64,000 nt of DNA from Takakia lepidozioides. Taxonomy: Eukaryota > Plantae > Bryophyta. Positions 11,167-24,070 of this stretch are shown here, piece after piece. The stretch is taken from assembly GCA_030704615.1 (NCBI GenBank), contig CM060733.1, positions 3,472,001 through 3,536,000 of the forward strand, given 5' to 3'. Every line of letters begins with the position of its first letter. Position 1 is the stretch's first letter. The position numbers were made by a program, and so were the translations under genes. Under the pieces are notes generated by a model, which saw nothing but the letters and a program-made list of their open reading frames with translations, made no database searches and was not told the origin of the DNA.

Positions 11167-12793
11167 TGTCGTGCACCTCACTTCGGTAAGCTCCCCTTCA
11201 AGTCATAGTTAGTCGCTTTGATGCGCGCGCCTAACTCCCAACCTGGCCGCCGGGCCAACTCGGAGCTTCGGCAGCTCACCGGGACATAACGGTCCCCCTT
11301 TCTTCCCCCAACAGACCCTCCACCAATTTGGGCCTAGTGGAAATTCCCTTTGGTAGATGGCAGTCCGGAATAGCTCCCCACTCCTTGGTCGCTTTCCGGC
11401 TCGCTCGCTTACTCACTAGTTTTTGGTCACCAACGGGCTTGCACCGTTCTAGGGTTACTACTCCCTATATATACTTCTGTGACTATCCGCGGGGGTTCCA
11501 CAAACAACACCATCCTTTTATGGCGAACCACCACGAAGACCCTCGATTCCTGGTGATGAGTCGCGGTGAGTCTTGGCCCACCCACCATGGCCCCATTGGA
11601 CCGTGATGAGTCCCAAGACTCCCACAACTCCCACCACAAGGTCTCCGCCCCATGGTGAGTCCTATGCCATCCCCACTAAGTCCCGCTAAGCTACCACCAC
11701 CCCTTGTGGAACCACCCCCACCGCAACCCGGTGTGCGGGGCTCTACCTAGTGAGCGTCTCCGCCTCCTCGAGTGCCTTTGGGCACTCAAGGGTGCTTCAG
11801 CCCCCGCATCTATTGTTGCCACCGCCCCAACCACAAGGGCAGTCCCTCTCGTGTCCCGACCCCCTGCCCTCAAGGCAAAGGGCCGCGACACACACCCCTA
11901 CCAATAGGGAGTCGATGTCCTCATCAACTTGTCCATTTTGTAGAAACGAACATCCAAGTTGTGGCGTCCCACATCAAGGAGTTTGTTTCCGTACCATGGC
12001 GTCCCATGGAAAAGACCCAAACCCCACTTGACTCTCCTCTCCACTAGCTAGTTCGGCCAACTTCCTCCAAGTCCCGGCCAAGGGTGCAGCCTCTCAAGCT
12101 CCTCCCAGTGCACTCTTCTTGGCCCACTTCACGGCCAAGGAACGATCCTCCCCGAGGATCGAATCGCCTTACTGCAACAACAGTGCTTGCGACCGCTCAT
12201 AAGGCCGCTTTTGGCATCACCTTGAGCAACTATTCACCTTGAACCCTTTTGATTAGGAAGATAACCTTGAACCAACCGTGCGCTCCAATCACTACAATTG
12301 GGTCCGCCTTGGAATGCTGGCCTAAGGAACGGGAACACGCCGAAGCCGCACTACGACTTCGTCCCGAGGCTACACGATTATAGTACGTGCACAGAAGCAT
12401 GTAGTTTCCACGTTAGCCCGCACTACAAGGCAACCCCCTCGGTAGCGCAGTTATAGTACGCGCACGCGCCAGGTGCGCACTAGCCTGTGAACTCCCAAAG
12501 CAGGCGCAAGTTTCCTTGCCCCTTGGATGGGAGTCACCCGATTTTGGCACTGCGCAAACACACGATTAATCCAATTTACCTCTCCCATTTTTGTAAGCTA
12601 GCATGCATTCTACACACTAGCCAACCATACCATGCATCGCCATTCCAAACAAAATAGGAGGTGCAACATTTGGAAACCATTTCATTTATAACAAAATTTG
12701 TACAACACAAGTTTTTGCAATCGGATTTCTGAGCTAGCTAAGCCGGGCTAAGCATGCATTTCCTCCCCCCTCGATCCAAGGTTGATGTCCCCA

Positions 12794-13715
12794 TCAACGC
12801 TTCTTCCGCTTTTGAGGTCGCCCTTCGAAAGCTGCAACCGCCTCGGATGCGTTTCCCAATTCTGAGGCACGCACCCAAGATGCCTCCACATGATGATAGC
12901 CCTTCCATTTCACAAGATACTCCGTTTCTCGATTCTTGAACCGCCTCGACTTAAGCACTGCCTCCACCTCGTACTCAGGTTCATTTTCATGATCTAACAA
13001 CACAGGTAGTGGACGCAACACTTGATGCCGATTCGGACGCGCTTCATCTTGGAAGTAAGGCTTCAAAAAGGAAACGTGGAATACCGGATGCACCTTGCTG
13101 TTTGCCGGCAGCTCCAATTCATACACATCCTCATTCATAACCTTCCGGATGCGAAAGGGTCCCGCATACGGAGGTATGAACTTCGGACTCACTTCCGGAG
13201 GTAGTCGAAAATTCTTGATGTTCAACCAGACCTCCGTGCCTGCCTCAAACTTGACTTCCCTCCGTTTCCGATTTGCTTGCCGTTCATTTTGTTTCCTAGC
13301 TTTGGCGATGTTGTACTTTGCAAGCTTCAACAAGAGCTCGCGTTCCTCCAACACCGCTGCTGTTGCCGGTTCCTCAACGTCTTGGGCAGCCCAACTTGTC
13401 GGCACTAGAGGTGTTTTTCCATAGACCAATATGAAAGGGGAAACACCCGTTGTGGAGTGTTTTGTGTTATTATAATAGAACTTTGTCGCGTCCATGTGCT
13501 CCACCCAGTCCGATTGGTCCGCCGACACGTAATTCCGCAAGATCTGCTTCACCACGGAATTCACCTTTTCCGTTTGGCCGTCCGTCATAGGTCGGAAGGC
13601 GGTGCTCATCTTGAGCCTCGTCCCCATCTTCTTCCAAAGTGCCCTCCAAAATTTACTTGTAAATTTGGATTGCGGTCCGAGATAATATCCTTCAGGAGTC
13701 CATGATGCTTGAAGA
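12794..13715 (-). pseudogene. pol: A2 integrase C-terminal half, GPY/F motif and chromodomain
   Basis: TDGQTEKVN, YAGPFRI, VHPVFHVS and EYEVEAVLKSR...YLVKWKGY...SW. Confidence 0.93.
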
Positions 13716-15505
13716 CGTGGGCACTTCATCCTCAGTTTTACTTTTCCTGAACCTATTTCGAAATGTTGTATTCAAGCCATTCCAGGTTAGAAAATGATTA
13801 TCAGGGAATCTTGCATACCATTCACTTGCTTTCTTGGTTAGTGAACAAGGAAACAATCTCATCTTGGCATCATCGCCATTCTCATTGTTCACTATACACA
13901 TGTGCTCAAATTGGCTAATGTGTACATCGGGATCCCCTTTTCCTGAATATATTGGAAAGGGTGGTTTTGCCCGTGTTGGTTGTAACGCCATCTGTGGCCC
14001 TACCTTCTGCCCACTGACAGGTGCTGGCACCCTTGCTGGTGCTGGTCCTTCTGGACCTGTTGTTTTTGTGGTGGATCTTCCACCAAGTGGTGGCCCTTGA
14101 GCACTCCCTGCTACTGGCCCCACGATATTCACAGTATTCCCAGCTTCAGTTGCACTACTTCCCACACTCCCTGTCCCCCCAGAGCCAGATCTAGGCCGCT
14201 CGCCTGATCCCCCTGAGCCGACACCTTCGTTGGCCTGTGATCCAAGTGCTCCACTTGATCCAGGTCCAACGGGTTGGGATGTCCTGGTTGTAGTCTCAAC
14301 CTCAACTGTTGGGTCTACTTCTTCATACTCTTCCTCTTCCAATTTCTTCTCCCTGTTTTCATCCTCCAAGTTCTGTCCTTGGGTTTCTTCTTCACTCATG
14401 TAACTCAACTGCAATGGTGTTGGAGAGTCTGAACTCTCCGTTGGCTCTGCCACATCTCCTCCTTCTTCACCTTCCGCTTCAGAAACTGGAGTTCCTGCTT
14501 TTGGTGTTCCATGCCAACTCTTATCAAAGATTTCTGTCAAATCTTTTATCCAGGGATGTACCTCAGATCTTTCACCTCGTGATTGATCTTCTTCCCGTAC
14601 CAATTCCCTTAATCTTTCTTGCAAAGAAAAAGAAGGAGTGGCATCCAACTCTAGTTCTTCCGGCATGGGTGATGTACTCTTTATCTTACTGGTGTGAGAG
14701 GTCCAGATGATTCCCCTATGTCTATTCCTCTCTCCCAAAGATATGGATAATTAGCTTTCAGATAGCTTTCTCTTTTTGTTGAATATCTCTGGCGTCTAGC
14801 TTCTCTTTCATCACTCATGTCCCATGTCTTTCATTTCTTTTTAATGTGGCAATAACCAAAACTCTCTTCTGTAATATCTCTCGTATATGCCTGGGTTTCT
14901 TTCAAGCTTCAATACACCCTTGGCTATACTTGAAGTCTCCGTTACCATATAACCATATGGCAAACAAGTCTGGAAAGCTGTTCTTGGTGTGAGTTTGATC
15001 CACAAAATATCCTTTGGAATCCAATTCTTTACCAGTACAAGCTCTTCATGCATATGAGTATAAACATTCACTTTTCTTTCCTCCCAGCCTTCAAACTCTA
15101 CTCGCTTAATGGATAGTAAGGCTATCACATAAACCAATGTTGGTAACCATCGTGCTCTTCCTCTACAGGCTACCTGATAAATCTTTATCACTCCTTTCTC
15201 CAGACCCCATTCCGGATCAGCATCATGCACTCGCTTAAGAATATTTTCTTTACAACCGTCTGGCAATTCCAAGAACCTTTGAAAGAATTGTTTGGACAAT
15301 CTTTCTTCCTTCGTTCCATAGGGAATTTGATTCACTTCAAATTCTTTAATGGTCCAACCACCATGATCCCACCAGATGCCTGTCGCATCTGGTTGTTCAT
15401 GACTCAGTTCCCCAGTATGGTCGCCAAATGTCGCACGGCTTTTACTCACCCATCCCTTCGCTATCCGAGGCGGAAACTCCAAGATAGAAGAGTTGGAAAT
15501 CTCTA
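13716..15505 (-). mobile_element. Family-B Gypsy fragment (LTR tip, PBS, upstream ORF, 5' gag) replacing part of the A2 integrase
   Basis: Collinear with B1 at about 56130-57908 but not identical. No TSD is seen. A2 sequence between LMLV and AHVFKHHG is missing. Confidence 0.88.
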
Positions 15506-18500
15506 AGTACTAACATGAGCTGCTGCTTTCTACTTAAAGCATCGGCCACCACATTGTCCCGTTCCGGTTTGTATTGGATATCCACGTCGAACACCGCCAA
15601 AGTATTTTGCCACCTAAGTTGTTTTGGGGACAACTTAGGCTGCGTGGCAAAATACTTCACCGTGACATTGTCCGTGAATACCTTCACCGGGTTAGAACCA
15701 ACATAGTGGCGCCAAAGCTCAAGGCAATGGACCACCACCTTCATCTCTTTCTCGTTCGTCGGCCATCGTCGCTCTACTTCATTCAGATTCTTACTTTCGT
15801 AAGCCACTGGACGTCCATCCTGCATGAGTACACCCCCTATAGCGAAGTCTGACGCATCCGTATGAATCTAAAATGGACGGTCGAACTCCGGGATTTTGAG
15901 GATTGGAGCTTCCGCCATCCGCTACTTCAACTCGGCAAAAGTTTGACCACAAAAGGTGTTTCATACCCAGACTTTGCATTTACACAGAAGGTCTGACAGC
16001 GGCCCCGCGATCTTGGCAAAATTTCTCACATACTTCCGGTAATAGGAGGCGAGTCCTAGGAAGGATCGCACTCCCGGGACCGAAGTTGGAGGCTCCCAGT
16101 CCAAGATTGCCCTAACCTTTCTGTCATCCATTTTGATCCCATCCTGTGTAATCACATGCCCCAAGAACTCCACTTTTGTGACCCCGAATTAGCACTTTGA
16201 AGCTTTGGCATATAGCTTCCATTCCCACAATTTCTGGAACACCCTTTTGAGGTGCTCCAGGTGCTCTTCCTTTGTTTTCCAGTACACCAGTATGTCGTCG
16301 ATGTATATGATCACAAAGTTATCCAACCACTCCTGGAAAAGGCTGTTCATTAGTGTGCTAAAGGTCGCGGGTGTGTTGGTGAGCCCAAAAGGCATCACCA
16401 AGAACTCATACGAACCATATCTTGTCCTGCACGCGGTCTTCTCCTCATCTCCTTCCGCCACTCGGATCTAATGATACCCGGAGCGCAAATCGATCCGGCT
16501 GAAATACTTTGCTCCTGCCAACCGATCGAAGAGGTCGTCAATCCTTGGCAAGGGGTACCGGTTCTTGATAGTCACCTTATTCAGGGCCCTGTAATCGACA
16601 CACATCCGCAGCGTCCCATCCTTCTTGTCTGCGAATAGCACCGGGGCTCCGTAAGGTGACTTACTCGGCCGGATGTACCCCTTTGACATTAGATCCTTGA
16701 GCTGGGTCTTCAGCTCGAGTGGCTCAACTGGTAGGGCGCCTCGGCAGGCGGCTCCGATCCTGGTATCACCTCAATCTTGTGGTCAACTCCCCTTCGCGGT
16801 GGCAAGCTGCTTGGTAAATCCTCCGGCATCACATCTTGGTATTTCTCCAAAATCCCCTTGATCCAATCTAGGCTCAGCTCCCCATCGCCTTCCCCCTTCA
16901 CTTGTCTTTCATAAAGCAAAAACTGGGGCTCGTGTGACTCCTCCACGGCCCACTCCCTTGCTGATAGAAGGTTTATTCGCCCTCCGACGGGGTTGGGCGT
17001 TTCTGACACTTGTAAAACTTCGCCACCATTCCCACATGGTAGCGTGATCACTCTCTTGCGGCCATCTATGACCGCTCCGGATCTGCTCAAAAAGATCATC
17101 CCCAAAATGAGATCCACTCCATCAATCTCGCAAATGGTGAAGTTCTCACGTCCCTCCCAACTCCCAAGCTGAAGAGGAACATCGAACGCCAACCTCGTCG
17201 CCAATTGTGGTTCTCCTTTAGCAGAACGCACCTCAATAGAGGCCCCCACATCACTTGTCGGGAGTCCTAGCTTCTGTGCCGTTGCCGGTGTCATGAAGGA
17301 GTGCAACGCTCATGTGTCCACCAACAACGACACGTTAGTTCCGGAGATTATCCCACTCACAAACATTAACTGACTCCCTTTACGTAAGGCGCCAGTTTCC
17401 TGATACAACTCACAAGAGTAGTTGCCTACCTTGCAAGTCTTGGCGACCATCGCCTCCACCAAGCGGTTGATGGAAGCTTTGGACAACTCCGTGGTTGCCC
17501 GAGTCATGTTCAATTGTCGGGGATTCATACACTTCTTGGCCATGTGCCCGGGCTCCCCACAATTGAAGCACACTCCATCGAAGGTCGCCTTTTGTCGCAC
17601 CTGATTTTCTTTTCGGAGCACCCGGTGTTGTCTTGGCGTGTGAAGGCCCTCCCTTCGATTTCCACGTGCCATTGTTGCCGCGTGGCCTATCCCACTTCTT
17701 TTCCGGTCGAAAGGAGTCACCCTCCCGCCGGGTCTTCTTGTGGTTCAGCTCCGTACGGCCTTGTCTTTCGCCCCTAGGGACATCCGAGAAACATTCAGCC
17801 CTCTCAATTGCCTCGTTCAAAGTCTTAGGTGGCTTCTCCTCCAACTTCCGCCTGGCCCATAGGGCCAGTCTCGCCACAAAGTTGAAGACCATTTTTGGTT
17901 CTGCCATGTCCGCGACTTCGAGCAACAGCACATTGAAAGCCTGAACATACCCCCGAATGTCATCCATTTGCTTCAGATTCCTCATCTTGTCTCGGGCGAG
18001 CCAGGTTGCGTTGAGGGACACAAACTGTCTCTTCATCAGTTCCTTGAACCCACTCCAGTTCAAGGTTTCCGGGTTTGGACCTCGGTCGTGAAGGTGTTTC
18101 TGCCACCATTGTTGAGCATAGCCCCTCAAATAGGTGGGAGCCACTTCCACCCGATCCTCGTCACTCAACTTGGCCGCCCGGAAGTACTGCTCTAGCTCCA
18201 AGAGCCAGGTGTTGAGTGCCTTCCAATTTCAGACGCCCTCGAAGGTGTCGGGTTCCTTAGGCTTCACCTTAAACTTTGCCTTAGTGGAAGTGGCATTAGC
18301 CGCCTTCAACACGTCTTTCAACGTCCCGCCAAACTGCGCCAACAACCCTTCCCCAAAGGCTGCTGGCATGGGAGGCATCTGTTGGTCTGTCGGAGCTCTC
18401 AAAGATTCCTCAGGCTCCGACTCCTCAGATTCCTCCCATTCTTGAGTGGCCTCATTTTCAAAAGCATGCATCGCTTCCTCAAATGGCCGCTTCGGTGACA

Positions 18501-18577
18501 CGTCGCCCCCATCAGGCTCACCAGGATCATCATCTTTCGGGCCGTTCCGCTTTCGCTTTGGATTGCCCGACCCCATG
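15506..18577 (-). pseudogene. gag-pol: A2 gag-protease-RT-RNase H, with frameshifts and stops
   Basis: Gag with the CFNCGEPGHMAKKC knuckle, protease [16 protein letters not shown] and RNase H DNVVADALSRK. Confidence 0.93.
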
Positions 18578-19373
18578 ATGAGGCCGATCCCAAGGACGAT
18601 CGCGTACTGAACTCTAAGCTCTGATACCAAATGTCGCGCACCTCACTTCGATAAGCTCCCCTTCAAGTCATAGTTACTCGCTTTGATGCGCGCGCCTTAA
18701 CTCCCAACCTGGCCGCCGGGCCAACTCGGAGCTTCGGCTGCTCACCGGGACATAACGGTCCCCCTTTCTTCCCCCAACAGACCCTCCACCAATTTGGGCC
18801 AAGTGGAACTTCCCTTTGGTAGATGGCAGTCCGGAATAGCTCCCCACTCCTTGGTCACTTTCCGGCTCGCTCGCTTACTCACTAGTTTTTGGTCACCAAC
18901 GGGCTTGCACCGTTCTCGGGGTTACTACTCCCTATATATACTTCTGTGACTATCCGCGGGGGTTCCACAAACAACACCATCCTTTTATGGCGAACCACCA
19001 CGAAGACCCTCGATTCCCGGTGATGAGTCGCGGTGAGTCTTGGCCCACCCACTACGGCCCCATTGGACCGTGATGAGTCCCAAGACTCCCCAAGACTCCC
19101 CACGACTCCCACCACAAGGTCTCCGCCCCATGGTGAGTCCTATGCCACCCCCACTAAGTCCCGCTAAGCTACCACCACCCCTCGTGGAACCACCCCCACC
19201 GCAACCTGGTGTGCGGGGCTCCACCTAGTGAGCGTCTCCGCCTCCTCGAGTGCCTTTGGGCACTCAAGGGTGCTTCAGCCCCCGCATCTATTGTTGCCAC
19301 CGCCCCCACCACAAGGGCAGCGCCTCTCGTGTCCCGACCCCCTGCCCTCAAGGCAAAGGGCCGCGACAACTTC

Positions 19374-19700
19374 CGTGATGTTCCTCAACCGGGGATGGGT
19401 AGAGCGTACACCATCAGTACTTCAGCCTCAACAACCAATGGGATAATTTATTACGTCTCAATTGGCATTTACCCGGAGTGCACATGTCCCGACTTTGTGA
19501 AGATGCGTAATCTGCAAGGAAGGGTACACCCACTGCAATCACATATACTGGATTTTTCTTCGACATCTCCGATGTAGTGCTGACAGCCCCACAATTAATT
19601 ATCTTACTTTGAGTATGAACGAGGTCAGTGCAATCCTTTGCAATGATCCTTGCGTATGGTTGAAATAACATGATAAGAGGCGTCCTTCTGCGAGGGAAGA
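19374..19700 (+). pseudogene. M1 transposase C-terminal fragment, part 2 (SWIM zinc finger)
   Basis: YYVSIGIYPECTCPDF...CNHIYWIFLRHLRC, with one frameshift. It continues the frame cut by A2 and parallels M2 CNCTDF...CKHLYYVYLKRLRC. Confidence 0.82.
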
Positions 19701-19962
19701 TGAGGAGCATTTGCCTGCGATATCACCTTATGTTCTGGATGCACCGCTTTTCGTTCCACTGATCATTCTTTAAAAAATAGTAAAATTCATTCCATACGTC
19801 TATTGCCACTTGTCAGAAAGGATCTTGTATTATTTTGCAAGTTTGTGCCGACTGGTCTCTGACTTTCCGAATGTTCTTCTAGTTTGTTTTTGCTCCTTGT
19901 TCAGAAATTGCAAGATCAATTTTTTTTTTGGTATTTTCCTATTTTATGACGTTCACCGAGGT

Positions 19963-20482
19963 AGGGGCGAGACGGCTCTCCAAAGGAAGATCCGGAAGGC
20001 TTACCGGAAGGATGAGATGACGAAGTCCGTGATGCGGGACTTGAGGATGGGGGTTAAATCGTAGTTCCACTTGCAAAATGGACTGCTCCGGTATAAGCAA
20101 AAACGTCTTTACGTGCCGAAGGGAGGGATCAGAGATAGTCTCTTGAGAGAATGCCATGATGGCCTGCTTGAGGGCCACAGCGGAGCCAAGCCCACCGCGG
20201 CACTCTTGAAGAAAGAGTATTTCTGGCCCAAACTGAGGGAGGAGGCCGAGGAGTATGTCAAGACATGCACCACATGCCAACAAAACCGGAGCGAGTACAT
20301 AAAGCAAGCGGGGCTATTACAACCCTTGCCGATTCCAGAGGGGTCTTGGGAAAGTGTCTCGATGGATTTCATGACTGCTACGCCGTTGTCAAAAGGATTC
20401 GATGCAATCATGGTGGTGGTGGATAGGTTCAGTAAAATGGGCCATTTCATCCCTACCAAGGAGACGTCAACGGCACAGCAAG
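19963..20482 (+). pseudogene. Isolated family-A integrase N-terminal fragment (HHCC to start of core)
   Basis: GETALQRKIRKAY...ECHDG...CTTCQQ...VSMDF...TKETSTAQ, matching A1 at about 25333-25847. Confidence 0.9.
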
Positions 20483-23400
20483 GGGTGGGATGGAGGCTTC
20501 GGAGACCTATGAGCAAATGATGGGGGAAGGGGTGAAGCCCGTCCGCATAACATTTGTTTGCATTTGCAAGCCTGGCAGCTCTGGAAAGGTGCAAAGTGGT
20601 CCATGGTGACATCGTCACATCTAGAATTGTACCCAATGTCATTCTGAACACTGCCATGCTGGACATGGATGTCAAATGTGAGTGCATCGAGGATGCAAAG
20701 GAAGTTTTCGACAGTATGGCTAAAGGAGATGTGGTGTCGTGGAGGGCGATGTTTGCAGAATATGCAATACAAGGGCGCGGGATGGAGGCATTGGAGATCT
20801 ATGAGCAATTGATGTGCGAAGGGGTGAAGCCCAACCGCATAACGTTTGTGTGCATTTGCAATGTGTGTGCAAGCCTGACAGCTTTGGAAAGGTGCAATGA
20901 GGTCCATGCATGTGACATCGTCAAAGCTAGATTTGTACCAGATGTCATCCTGAACACTGCCCTGCTAGACATGTATGTCAAATGTGAGTGCATCTAGGAT
21001 GCAAAGGGAGTGTTCGACAGTATGGCTGAAAGAAATGTGGTGTCGTGGAGGGCGGTGATTGCAGGATATGCACAACAAGGGGCGGGATGGAGGCTTTGGA
21101 GACCTATGAGCAATTGATGTGTCAAAGGGTGAAGCCCAACCACATCACATTTGTTTGCGTTTGCAATGCTTGTGCAAGCCTGGCAGCCCTGGAAATGTGC
21201 AATGAGGTCCATGGGACATCGTCAAAGCTGGATTTGTACCAGATGTCATCTTGAACACTGCCCTGCTGGACTTGTATGTCAAATGTGAGTGCATCGAGGA
21301 TGCAAAGGGAGTGTTTGACAGGATGACTGAACGAAATGTGGTGTCGTGGAATTCCATGATCGCAGGATATGCCCAGCATGGTTGTCATAGGGAGGTCCTG
21401 CAACTATTTGAAGGAATGTAAAAGAACGGCTTGAAGCCGGGCAGTATCACCTTTATATGTGGTCTCTTTGGGTAGATGGTCAACTGAATGCAATAGTTGC
21501 AGTGGCACAGTTGATGAAATCAGGCACCTCATCCATCACCACAGCTTCTGAAAGAGGATCAAGAGAAGGAGTCCACAATGCCAATTCTGGCACTTCTGGG
21601 CATGTGAAGATGCTTTGTGAGGCAGGCAGACTGAAAGAGGCTCTACAGACTTTAAACCAAGGAGGCATTTCAGCAGATTCAGAAACATATGTCTGTCTCT
21701 TGCATAAGTGCATCAAGGTGAAAGGCCTGGAAGCTGGAAAGCAGGTGCACACTCACATTATCCAAAGTGGATTCACGCCAATTTTTTTTCTCCTTAGCAC
21801 CCTCGTCAACATGTATGTTAAGTGCGGGGGCGTTTGCTGGAAGAATTCTAGGCTGTCATTGTATGTTGCTAGCAGCAAGGCAAGGATGTATGCATGATTT
21901 GTGCAGAGGCATGGATAGCTGAAGGAGCAGGGATGGAGTGTGGGTTCCCTCTTATCAGAACCGGCCCTAAATTTTCATGTTGAATTCTGCAAGTTAGCTG
22001 GTTGAGTGAACCTTTGATAGTTGGAGTGACTTTGACATGATACTGCCAAAGTATCCAGAAACAGGTAAGAGAGACAAGGAGAAGCTGTGGAAAGAATACT
22101 TTTCTGACCCCAGTCAATGGTGGGACAATCGAGGCAAAAAGGTGGATGCCTGCTGGATTACAATGAGTAGCAGACGCAATGAGCATAGGTACTAGTGTGA
22201 TAAGCTGAGTTGGGTGTTTCCTAGAACAAATCTAGGCTGTTATTGTCAGCTGTTAGCAGCAAGGCAAGGATGAATACATGATTTGTGCAGAGGCATGGAT
22301 AGCTGAAGGAGCAGGGGTAGAGTGTGCATCCAAGAGGGCCAGATTTCAAGCACAAGATTACCTATGATTCCCTGTGGATCAATAGCTACAAGAAACCTGC
22401 ATGGGTAGATGGTCAACTAAAGGCAACAGCTGCAGCGGCACAGTTGATAAAATCAGGCACTTCACCCATGACCACAACCTCTGGAAGAGGATCAAGAGAG
22501 GGAGTCCACAATGCCTCTTCTAGCATTTCTGGGCAAAGAGGTGCATGGCTACATCGTCAGAGTTGGAATCGTGTCAGATGTGATCCTGAACAATACCCTG
22601 GTGGACATGTATGCCAAATGTGGGAGCGTCGAGCATGCAAAGGGAGTGTTAGACAATATGGCGGAATGAGATGTGGCGATGCTCACCAAGTGTTCAACAG
22701 AATGCCTCAACTATGTTTGATCATGTGGAACATAATGTTGGCAGGATTTACCAAGCACGGGTGTGGTAGGAATGCTTTGGAGACCTTTGAGCAAATGATG
22801 CATCAAGGGGTGAAGCCCAACCACATCACGTTCATTTGTGTTTGCAATGCGTGTGCAAGCCGGGGAGCTCTGGAAAAAGGGGAAGAGGTCCATGGTGACA
22901 TCATCAAAGCTGGAATTGTACCAAGGTTGCAGTGCGTGTGCAAACCTGGGAGCCCTGGAAAATGGGAAAGAGGTCCGAGGGGACATCGTCAAAGCTGGAA
23001 TTGCACCAGATTCATCTTGAACACTGCCCTGATGGACATATGCCAAATGTGGGTGGATCGAGGATGCGAAGGGAGTTTTCAACACTGTGGTTGAAAGAAA
23101 TGTGGTGTCGTGGAACGCTATGCTTGCAGGGTATGCAGAGCAGGGGCACGGGATGGAGGCTTTGGAGACCTATGAACAAATGATGGGGAAGTGGTGAAGC
23201 CCTCATGGAGTGCAATGATTGCAGGATATTAAAGTGGAGAACAGCCTTCTTGACGCCAAATGTGGGAGTGGAAAAGATGCACGTCAGGTTTTAAACAAAA
23301 TGCCTGAACGAGATGTGGTCTCATGGAATGCCATGATTACAAGATATGCTGAGCATGGCTATGCTGAAGAGGCTTTCAAGATACAAGCAAATGGAACTGG

Positions 23401-24070
23401 ACGCGATGACACCGAACAGGGTCACGTTCGTTTATGTTGTCAATGCATGTGCCAGTCTAGGGGCCCTGGAAAAAGGCACGTGGGTCCATGCTGATATTAA
23501 CAAAGTTGGGGTTGTGTCATATCTTAACTTGGACAATGCCCTTGTTAACATGTATGCCAAATGTGGGAGTGTTCACAATGCACGTCAAGTGTTTGAAAAT
23601 ATGGTTCACCAAGCATGGAATGCCATAATTGCAGGATATGCTCAGCATGGGTGTAGTACAGAGGCCTTCCAACTATTTGAACAGATGCAGCAGGAAGGCT
23701 TGAAGCCAGATGGTATCACCTTCGTTTCTCTTCTCTCTGCTTGTAGGCATGTAGGCCTGGTGGATGAAGGCCACCACTTGTTTGGTTCCATGAGTAGAGA
23801 TCATGGCCTCACTCCTACAGTGGAGCATTTTTGCTGCATTGTGGACCTTCTTGGCCGTGTAGGCCGATGAGATGAGGCAGAAGAGTTCATCAACAAAATG
23901 CCAATTGAACCAGATGCTCTGGTTTGGGGGACCTTGCTTGCTGCTGCCAGAATTCATGGGGATGTGGAGGTAGCAGAACATGCAACAAAATCTCTTCTCA
24001 AGTGCGATCCCAACCACCATGCAGCTTATGTGCTGCTATCCAACATCTACGCCGCATCTGGCAGGTGACA
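20483..24070 (+). pseudogene. Fragmented PLS-class PPR gene(s) ending in an E domain (RNA-editing-factor type)
   Basis: Repeated P/L/S motifs (DVVSWNAMI.GYAQHG, GVKPNHITFVCVCNACAS, NALVNMYAKCG). The terminus reads HFCCIVDLLGR...MPIEPDALVWGTLL...AAYVLLSNIYAASG. Many frameshifts and internal duplications. Confidence 0.92.

Larger units (their letters stand above)
11167..19368 (-). mobile_element. Chromovirus-type Gypsy A2 with both LTRs, nested in the M1 transposase
   Basis: TG...CA LTRs at 18632-19368 (5') and 11167-11890 (3'). TSD ACTTT/ACTTC. PBS-iMet at 18618-18629. Purine-rich tract next to 11891. Confidence 0.95.

Noticed and set aside
20483-24070. Functional host PPR gene or DYW deaminase
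   Set aside because: Numerous frameshifts and stops; the sequence ends in the E domain with no HxE/CxxC or DYW motif.
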